In this document: one piece after another, positions 54,092 to 64,000 of the stretch
How positions within the stretch are numbered: the stretch's first letter is position 1
Layout: each line of letters opens with the position of its first letter
Origin: Nageia nagi
Lineage: Eukaryota > Plantae > Pinophyta
NCBI GenBank assembly: GCA_050084985.1
Contig: JBITNC010000002.1
Coordinates: 9,920,001-9,984,000, forward strand
Length of the DNA: 64,000 nt
Direction: 5' to 3'
The notes under the pieces: model-generated
The model's input: only the letters and a program-made list of their open reading frames with translations
What the model was told of the DNA's origin: nothing
Database searches by the model: none
Position numbers and translations under genes: made by a program

Positions 54092-54178
54092 AAGGAATGT
54101 TAAGCATACCTTTACAATAGCCCAATCCATGGATAAGGAATGTTAAGCATACCCTTTACAATAGCCCAATCCATGGAT
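54092..54178. repeat. 43-bp tandem duplication
   Basis: aaggaatgttaagcatacc(c)tttacaatagcccaatccatggat x2. Confidence 0.95.
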
Positions 54179-54244
54179 ATGTGATGTACCTGTTGCATTG
54201 ATACCTTTACTTTCCTTGCCTTTCCTATGGTTATGAATACCCTA

Positions 54245-54612
54245 TAGACATGAATGCATAATGTAGAAGAATATGCGAGGCCTAAGAATTATTTGATAAG
54301 ATGCATGATATAAACATAATTTCATGGATAATAATGTTTGAAGGATTTGTAATTCATGGCTACAACAAGCATTCCCTTAAAAAACTTAATTTGATAAAGC
54401 ACTTGGGAACCAAACCTAATAGCATAACCTTTGAATGTATTCTACTTGCATGCAACCATGTAGTTTTAGTGGATGAAGTTTGTAAATACTTTAATAGAAT
54501 TAGTAACTCGTATTGTATTATTCTTATGATGAATAATTATAAATGCATTCTTGATCTTCTTAGTTATGAAAGTTATCTTGAGGAAGCTTTAATATTGTTT
54601 CACCAAATGTAA
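54245..54612 (+). pseudogene. PLS-class PPR fragment
   Basis: ELFDKMHDINIISWIIMFEGFVIHGY..LGTKPNSITFECILLACNHVVLVDEVCKYFNRISNSYCI..YKCILDLLSYESYLEEAL. Isolated fragment with drifted consensus residues. Confidence 0.9.
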
Positions 54613-56543
54613 TAAATAGTAGTAATAGTCAAACCAAATCAACTTTAACTTTTCTAACATTCTCATCTTTTTATATGTTCTACTTTTATATAGGGTATTA
54701 TAGATAATTATACATAAATAATTAATGCTCAATTAAAATAAACCATTCATTTTTATGAAAGTAACAAATAGCTAGGATACAAAGTGTTCTCATTTAAATT
54801 GTTAACCAAGTTTACATGTGCAAAAAGTTTCCAATTGAGCATCAATTCATATATCCCATACATCCAACATTTTATCATAACCAAGTATTGTGAGGGTAGA
54901 GTTGAGGTTGTTTTCTTGTTTACAATGAGGCCTTCACCTGGATAGCCTCATACAACACTTAGTGATAAAATCCAAGCTGTGATGGAACCCAAGTCCTACT
55001 AATCTTCATCCAGTTCCCTTATGGTCAGTAATATACTCTCACAAGGAGAAGTAGTAACTATTTTCCAAAGGTGTGATGTATGTTAGATCAGCCAAATTTT
55101 ATCTTGATTAGGTTTCAAGTTTTCTTCCTAGGTTATCAAGATAATCCTTGAATGGAAATGCAGATAAGTGGTATCACTACACACATGCTTGTCCACCTAT
55201 ATGGAATTATATCCAGAACAACAGAGGACTTAGGTGAAATTAAGAAGTATAGACTTTATACCATTTGGATTGATAGACTAAAGGCTCCATTCTACCTTTT
55301 CCTCCCCTTATGGCTCCCCAAACAAGTCATGTTGTGGAATAATACATGAATATGTGTTCATTTTAGGGGGTGCATTTTCAATATTTATGATTCATTTACA
55401 AAAATAAAGAAAAGTGCTTAACATAAAATGCACAAAAAAATTACGTCATCTAATTTGAATCTTAAGAGTATACAATAGGTTTTTTCATAATCCCAAAAGG
55501 ATCTTTTTACAAAAAATGCATTAGTTCATTATTTTTAAGTAACAAGAAGTCCCCCTTTTACTTAAAAATTGAACTTAGCAAAAAATACTCGCTTCCTTAA
55601 ACATTAAAAAGTGTACTTAGGTTAAAGAAAAATACCCCCAATGCAATTTTACCTTAGAGAAGGAAATAAAAAACTTCTTTTAACACTAAGGAAAAGAGAG
55701 AGAGAAAATAACTCCCTTTAAAAAATTGAATCCCCCTATATTTATCATAGTAATAAGGGATTACCTTTACTTAAAGAAAAAAATTTATTTTAAGAGAAGG
55801 AAGTTATACTTTGAAATGCTTTTACCTTATAAATGAAGCAGTTGGATAAACCTCCAAGGATGAAGAAGATTGAAGCCTCAAAGAATGGCTCTATATACCA
55901 TGTAGACCTCAAATAATGCATAAATGATATAACTAACATACTATTTCTCTAGAATATTATATTGAAGCATATATCAATAATATAGTAACAATGAACAATA
56001 ATAATCAATGTACCTTCATCGCAATTGCATAAAAATCACATAAATAAATCCATTCGTAAAACACAAACATGTATTCATCCGTACACATGTTGCTAATGGC
56101 CCATAAGTGCTACATTGCTAACTTCATGGAATAAGAAATATTATGAACACAATAAAAGAGCATGCAATAGCAAATGAAGGGTTTAGTAGATCTATATAGA
56201 GGTGGTGTTACAAAACATTAATGTATGTAGAATAAAGTGATATTGCATTTGTTGAAGTCTCTCTAGGATTTTTTGATACCCTTGCATGATCCCTTTTGTG
56301 TTGCCTTTGATATCCTTATATAACAATGTCCTTATCTTCTTGGATTCTTGGGATCATTGCACATTACATCATTTGAGGAATCTTTTAGACATTTTACCCC
56401 TTATGACATTGTACAATGGTCAATTACATTGATTACATTACCTTGGGTATTATTTTAACCCAATTTTACAATAAATATCCTTAATGCTATAAAATTAATT
56501 ATTTAAATAATAATTATTCATTTTTAGGTGTCTAAATACCAAT

Positions 56544-57050
56544 TGAGAGAAAATAAGCTTAAATGACTATATCCCTAATTACCTAAGATCACATGAAGGC
56601 TCTCTCAAATTCCTTAAGCATTAAGAACATAAACTCAAAATACCATATACACATGATGACACCAATATAAAGTGGTTCCTCAAATCATGGGAGTACACCC
56701 ACTAATATAAGATCTGAACTTATTCTCAAAGAGCACTCTCTTACAACAACTCACTTTTCCAATTCTACAACCTAGATAAGAGCATAACTTTGCTACAAAC
56801 TTAAGTGAGTCATATAAAGGATAGGGCCCTCTATTTATAGGGAAAAATCCTCTCTTGGATCACCCTTTTAACCATTATACAATTTCATGATATGAATCAC
56901 CCTTTTACGCAAGGGGCATGCTCATGAGATGGAGTGTAGGCCAAGTTACATTATCATATTCACTAAATACTTAAGGTATCTAGGGATACCCTTAAGTATC
57001 AAGTGAATTACATTAAGGTACCTTACAATAATGCATTATACATTTCAACA
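56544..57050 (-). mobile_element. LTR copy of the same family as 24462-24965, with possible PBS remnant
   Basis: Minus strand starts TGTTGAAATG. It shares tagataccttaagtattta.tgaatatgataatgtaacttg.cctacactccat.tcatgagcatg, ctataaataga and gaggaaccactttatat. It ends ..ctctCA-at-TGGTAT. Confidence 0.8.
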
Positions 57051-57099
57051 TGAGTAAGATTTCATAAATTAGTCTCCTCCTTCCTCTCATCTTGCATAC

Positions 57100-59300
57100 T
57101 CTAGATTAAGTATTCCATTCATAATGTGATGGTGTTGGGGCTATATGATGGCCTTCTTATTGAATTTTCTCCTAAGTTTATGAATTTATCCTTTGAAAAT
57201 GTGTTCCCCTAAATGATAAGAGATCCTACAAAGTGAATATTCCCCTACATATACATTATCAAAAATAGTAATTTTCACTTTGTATTCTAGTTTTATAATT
57301 GCTCCAAATTGACTAGGTCTTTTAGGTACAAATATTTTATGGATACAATAGACTAACTTGTACTTTCTTAAATTCATAAATATTAAGGTTAGAAAGTACC
57401 TTATTAGTAATTATTTCCTAATTTAGAGTTGGACATTTGGAAATTTTCTTTTTTATTTGCTTGTATTTTCTTTTTAAGGATATGGGTGAGACCTGAATTT
57501 GATTCTCAAATTTTGAATTAGACCTATGCTAAATTGATTGGGGAATTGAGGGTACATGGAGTTAGTGGGTAAGGACATATATTAATATATAATGTAAATA
57601 AGCCATTACTAAAAACTCTTATTTTGGTTCCTAGCTTTGGTAATGGATCCATCAAGGGAGTAAAGTAAAAAATATGGAAATTTTATATGATTTCTTCTTT
57701 GAAAATGATATAGAAACATAAAATAATACTAAAGAAATATGTTATGGTACCCCTCAAGCATGATATATCCCTTGAGATCCTTAAGAATATTTTTCCATGG
57801 TTATGGGAGGCTACTCCTCTTATATGCTTCTTTATATCCCTAAAAGTTATTCTTTTCTCCAATAAAGGATCTCACATTCCTAGATAGATTTTAATGATTT
57901 ACCAATTCTAATTAGAAAGTATTTTTACCAACAAATGAATATGAACCTAACAAGGATTTCATTAATAATAATAAAAATAATAATATAAAAATGAAGGTTA
58001 ACCTACCAAGGAAAAAAGAATAGAAATAATAATATATATACCAAGTTTGAAAAAGGGTTATTTCATTAATAATATCAAATGAGTATAATTCACCAACAAC
58101 TCTAGCAATGTATATCAAATCCTATAAACTACACCATGAGATTCCATTTGACACATCCATAGAATGTTGGTGGATACTTGAATGATGCTTCATTGTAGTT
58201 ATGCAATTCATTATTCATAACCCCTTGAATCACCTTTTATCTCTTCATATATCTTCAAAATTGGTGCATTGATTCATTATCTTTCATACTGATTCCAGAT
58301 TAATGTGTTAATCTTGATTAATTTTTTCAAGTTCTTCAATTTTTAAACTAATGTGGTTCGATTACAAAACTAATTTTTATATATCATGAAATTGATATAT
58401 CTGATAATTCGCCAAGTCGCTAAGTATTATCATCAAATCTCTTTCGAGTTGCCAAGTCATTAAGTCACTAGTTGCTTTGAATCCCTAAAATATTATTTTG
58501 AATTTATCATGTTAATAACCTCCCCATATTAATACAAAGGATAATTCTTGATACTTCCTTTGGGTATATCAACATTATGTTAATAAGGGCATCATTGTGA
58601 ATATTGATAAATCATGATAGAAGAGAAGGGGTTCTCCCTTCTTAGATCTTTTTTCAAAGTCAACATGATCCCCTTTACCTTTTGATGAGGTAATGATGTA
58701 TCCCCTCAAAATATATTGCAAATACCTTGGTATAGGTCCTCTTTATCTCTCTTATTTTCAATTTGTACTACTCCTACTCTAACATAGTGACCAATTGGCT
58801 ATCTCCTACTCTAACACATGACCCAACCGATTATAATCTAATCATGTTTTACGTATATAGTTATAATACAAATTACTCTATCAATTCTTGATAATTTAAA
58901 TTCTTTTAACTCTTTATTCCCTCCAAGAAAAGTTTTACTTCTCCACCTATCTTCTAGCTATCTTTTATAATAATTACTTTCTCTCAATTACTATCTTTAT
59001 TTTATTTTATGAGTATTGATTCCTTATTTTCAACTATGACCCAAAAACTATATTATAATTCTTCAATTCATTAATTCCCTTTAGATTTGACTAATTTTGT
59101 GTATATTCCCATGATTACCTTAATGATTTTACTGATATTGTTTACTAGTTCTAGTATTTTTTTCTTTTTTGCAATCTAACTCATCCTTGCAATATTCTAA
59201 AACTTGGTGATTGTAGTATTTCATCAAAAGTTAGTATCTTTTTTTTTATGACCTCAATTAAATATTTTATTAGCTTATGTTATAACTAATAGGACAGATA
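57100..59300 (-). mobile_element. Probable decayed LINE relic
   Basis: Weak minus-strand RT-like remnants around 58560-58850 (FEKRSKKGEPL resembling RGLRQGDPL). Composition resembles the other LINE relics. Confidence 0.3.
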
Positions 59301-59328
59301 ACTCTAATATCAAAAAGCATTCTATTAG

Positions 59329-62300
59329 TGTAGAATATTATGTAAATACAATCTAAGAAAGACTCTTCATGTTCACCTTCTTGGGTGACCTTTGAGATAC
59401 ATTGTAACTCCTCATATTCTATAAGAAATGACTCTTTAAATTCTAGCACACTTAAAGCTATGAATTTACTAAATATATTTAGTATCTAATACTATACTAA
59501 CTATACCATAATACTTAAGGATTAGGTGTCTAACATTCCTCCCTTAATCCAAAGGGGAGTTGGTAAGTCCAAGCATCTTCATGAACTTCTCGAACTTTTC
59601 TCTTCCAAGTTCCTTAGTGAAGATGTCTGTTGTTTACTCATATTTGGGACAATGTTTCACTTGAATTATCTTGACCTATATATGATGTCAAATCAAATGA
59701 TACTTTGTGTGTGATTTGCTTTGTTCGATCATGAAACTTTAGATTCTTGGCTAATTGAATTGCAAAAATATTTATAATTAGAAGTGGAGTTGGATTCACT
59801 TATTTTTTTTGCAAATCTTCCAGTATCTTCCTAAGCCACATAATCTCCTTTATTTCCTCTGTAGTAGCTACATACTCTACCTCTGTAGTGGAATCTACTG
59901 AAATGAATTACTTTCATGATCTCTAAGAGATAACTATCGATCCAAGACTCATGGCATATCTTGAAGTCAAAACTCCTTTTTCTTTGTCACCATCAAAGTT
60001 TGAATCTGTATATCTAATCAATTTGAATGCTCTTACTTTGGAGTACTTGAGCCCTAATTCCTATGTGCCTTTCAAATATTGAAGAACTCTTTTTGCTGCA
60101 TTCTAATGTCTTTCACATGGGTTTTGCATAAATTGAGAGAGAATTCCAATCGCAAATGAAATGTCTAGTCTAGTTGTGGTTAGATATATGAGACTCCCAA
60201 CAAGTTGTCTATACTTTGTTGCATCCTAAAATGCATTCCCTTCAATAGATTTCAACTTCAAATTTTGTTCCATTAGAGTGGAAAGGGGATTCCAATCTGT
60301 CATGCCAAATCTATTCAATAATTCTCAAATGTACTTTCTTTGGGAAATGAAAATGTACTTTAGGTTTTGTGTCAATTCAATGCCCAAATAGTAATGAGAA
60401 TGTCCCATATCTATAATTTCAAAACCTCTCTTCAAATCTTATTTCATGGATGCAATGTAACTTTCATTGTTCATAGTTATCAAAAGATCATCTACATACA
60501 CCACAAGATATACAACTATTTTGCCAACTTTTCTAACAAACAAAGTTGCACAATCCAAATTAAAGTGTTCAAATTTTATCTTTAAGAGATGCTTAGTAAG
60601 ATTTTTGTACTAAGCATGAGGAGGTTCTTTTAGACCATACAAGGACTTGATAAGCTTACAAACTTTTGTTCCTAACCCTTCATTGCAAATCCTTCTAGAT
60701 ATCTCATGTACACATTTTCTTTTAAATCACCATTTAAGAAAGCAATCTTCACATCCATTTGATGAACCTTTCATCCATGCTAAGCTTACATTGCTAACAA
60801 AGAATGAATAGTAGCCCATTTTACTATGGGAGCAAATTTTTCATCATAATCAATACCTTGTTTCTATGCAAAACCCTTTGCTACAAGCCTTGCTTTGTGT
60901 TTTTCAAGTGAGTCATCTAATCTGTATTTGTTCTTGTAAACCCAATTGCATCTAATAGGTTTGGTTCCATATGAAGGATCCACCAACTTCCTTATTCCAT
61001 TCTTGATCAGAGCATCATACTCCTTCTTCATAACATCCCTCTAGACATCATGAGAAAAAGCTTCTTTAAAGGAAGTTGACTCATAATTAGCAAAGAAATT
61101 CAATTCACAATAAAATTAACATTCCATATACTCAATATCATCATCTAAATCTAAATCCTCTACTACTCCATCTTCAATTCTATTTTTATAGTAATTCCTA
61201 GTTCTCGTATTTCCAACTTCATCAAGATGAACACTCTCAAGGGGTTTGGAAAGTCACTTAGGAATCTTCTACAATGCTTCTAGTTCCTTAATCAACTGAG
61301 GAGTTTCTTCATCCTCATCAAGACTCAACCTATCAAACCTTTCAATCACATCATCCAAAAAAGCTTATAGAATTAACAAAGAGGAAGGATCTTCTTATGG
61401 TGGAGGAGGTGCTTGTACTGTTGGAACAAGTGCAACTGCTAGATTAGGCACTTCTAAAATAGGCACAATTGGTGTAGATTCTAATAAATGATCCAAAATA
61501 GGTATCCCCCCCTCAACATAATCATGTTCAAAGAAATGCTTTCCATGAGTAAACCTATCAAGGTGATCAAGCTACCGCTCAATAGTGGGGTCACTCTTGG
61601 AACATTCTAAAAAAATAATGTCCCTTACAAAGGGGAACTTTTTGTTTACCTCATCATAAATCTTATAACCCATGGTAGTATCTAAGTACCCCAAGTAAAT
61701 ACATTTTCAAATCCTAGAACCAAGTTTGTTTCTTTGTTCGTTAGGGACTAGGGCATAGCAGGTGGAACCAAAAACCTTGAGATGTCGAATTGAAGGAACA
61801 CAGCCAAACCATATTTCATATGGAGTCTTATCATCAAGAGCATGAGATAGACATTTATTTCTAACATACACTACACAAGCAACTGCATCACCCCAAAATG
61901 TCATCTTCACATTCTTGAAAAACAACATTGCCCATGTCATATTCAACAAAGTTTTGTTCATTCTTTCAGCTACACCATTTTGTTGTGGATTATAGGGAAC
62001 AATTATTTAATGCTTGATTTCATGTTGACTAAGATAGTTCTTGAATTCAACTAAAGTGTATTCACCTCCATTATCATAATGAAGTTTTCCAATATGAGCA
62101 TTTGCTTCCTTCTCAATCATCACATGAAATTCTTTAAACTTTGCAAAACATTCATATTTGTTCTTTAACAAATACACCCAACACATCCTAGAGTAATCAT
62201 CTATGAGGGTCATGATATATTTATTTCCAGCAGTAGAAGGGACAAGCAATGGACCAGACAAATTGAAGTGTATTAGTTCTAGTTTTCTACATGCTCTAAA

Positions 62301-64000
62301 ATTTGAATCATGAAAAGGTTGTTTGTTTTGCTTTCCTAGGACACATGCTTCACAAGGTTCTATGTTCTTAGGAATAGTAGGCAAACCCAAAAAACCTCTC
62401 TTTTTCAAAAATGGAGATCATCAAAATTGAGATGGGAAAATCTTGCATGCCACAAAAGACTAGATGAGAGAGTACCTTTTTCTTGATGGGTCAGGTAGGC
62501 ATAATTTTGTGATTTGGTAGAACTTCCATGCATCTTCAACAACTTCTCATCCTCCTCACCAATCATCACCACTTTATTGTTAGAACACCTCCTTATCTCC
62601 ATAATGCCATCAAACATATTGTTAGAACACCTCCTTATCTCCATAATGCCATCAAACATATGAATAGAGTGTCCTTGTTATTGAATGAACACAAGAGATA
62701 GCAAGTTCCTTTGCAATTAAAGAAGATAGAGCACATTTCAAAGAACCATATCTAGAAGGCTTGGCTATTTAAGTCTCATAGTACTAATACCTAAAGGTTT
62801 GATACAAGAATGGTTAGCAAAATATATCACACCATCAATGTTGGTATTCATCTCTTCAAATAATTCTCTTTGAAAGGTCATGTGACATGTAGCACAATAT
62901 CAAGCAACCATGCATCCTCCCAAGATAAAAATGAAGTATTACATAAGTTTTTAATGGTATTGTTACAATATGTAGTAACATAATGAGTAGAATTAGAGTT
63001 CTTACTCTTGTCTTGCTCCTATTTTTCATTCCTTCCTTTGATCTTATACCATGGAGTGCGATAGATATTAGCTTCATGGCCTCATCTATCACATCTTTTG
63101 CAATGGAGATTATTCCTATCATAATGATCACCTTGATTAGATCTAACCCCTACCTCTATAATTCCTCCTACCATGACCATGATTGCTGCTTTCACCTCAA
63201 GAAGAATCATGAATAACATTCTTTCCCTTTTTAGCAATACACAATGTGTCTGAAGTAGAATCACTAGATTTCTTGCCAAAAGCCTTCTCACATTCTACAA
63301 TCTTATCTACCAAAGTGTCAAATATGAGAGACTTTAGGTTACCACTACCTTGGAAAGATTCAAGATAGTTTAAATAGGTGGGATACAAATTTTTAATCAA
63401 ATCTATGAGAGCAATATCAATCTTCCACACTAGTAGAGTCAATGTCATGCATTATTGCTCTAATTTTTGAAATTAATACCATGGGATCATCATTCTTTAA
63501 CTCTAGGTTAAAGAGTTTCAACTAAAATTGGATCAATTCTAATTCAGAATGGGAGTTAAATAAATATTTAAATTTATTTAGTGCATTCCAAGCATCATCA
63601 ATAGAGCTAATATGGTGGTTAACCTCCTCACTAATCAAAGAAGTAATCAAAGCATATGCCTTATTATTTTTCATGTTCCAAACTGCAAGCTCCTTGGCAT
63701 AAATTAGTTTGGTAGGTTGGTTATCAACATCACAATTGGAAATCCAAATATCATTGAAAATTAAAGTATGCTTTATTTTCCTAGATCACTCTGACCAATT
63801 TTCTTTTTTGGTTAAAACAACACCAATAACACTCACAAGGGAATGCATCTTTGAAATAGAAATTTCTAGCTTTATTTATTACCTTTTTCAAACTTTTACA
63901 ATGCCAAAAAATTTCACACACTTTACAAAAATAATAATGTCCACACTAAATGAAGATTCTTTTTACTCACACCACACCAAAAATTGCTAAAAGAATAGAA
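59329..64000 (-). mobile_element. Ty1/Copia retrotransposon, degraded; 5' LTR outside the window
   Basis: Gag from ~63848. Integrase LLWHARFSHLN, CEACVLGKQ, LIDDYSRMCWVYLLK, DNGGEY, PQQNGVAERMNKTL, HLKVFGS. RT HKARLVAKGF, QMDVKIAFLNGDL. RNaseH. PPT ggattaagggaggaa (59550-59536), then 3' LTR TGTTAGACACC from 59535 to ~59329. Confidence 0.95.
62575..62660. repeat. Perfect 42-bp tandem duplication within Copia pol
   Basis: tattgttagaacacctccttatctccataatgccatcaaaca x2 (MFDGIMEIRRCSNN x2). Confidence 0.95.

Noticed and set aside
55350-56540. Possible further LTR on the minus strand starting near ttagacacctaaaaa
   Set aside because: No second copy, PBS or coding remnant could be verified by eye.

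Overview
Very AT-rich, strongly CpG-depleted plant nuclear DNA. The style of the PPR fragments and retroelements suggests a gymnosperm/conifer (inference). There is one intact host gene: a 4-exon sugar transport protein (STP/MST hexose:H+ symporter, 514 aa, 50339..52174, +) in a CpG-retaining island. The rest is mostly decayed mobile DNA: an ~8.4 kb hAT transposon, a full-length Ty1/Copia with both LTRs, two more Copia relics, a gag-protease-only Ty3/Gypsy with a nested solo LTR, a Tat/Ogre-like gag relic, L1-type LINE relics, a complete non-autonomous CACTA element, and four PPR/PPR-DYW pseudogene fragments. Best candidates for something undescribed: (1) the hAT element carries a second, convergent, intron-containing gene with a plant-mobile-domain (PMD)-like N-terminus and a coiled-coil C-terminus; (2) a ~1 kb inverted pair of a chimeric module (palindrome array fused to PPR coding sequence) brackets a DYW domain; (3) a ~110 bp CpG-retaining non-coding element downstream of STP recurs 32 kb away. 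All alignments were made by eye, and boundaries of degraded elements are approximate.
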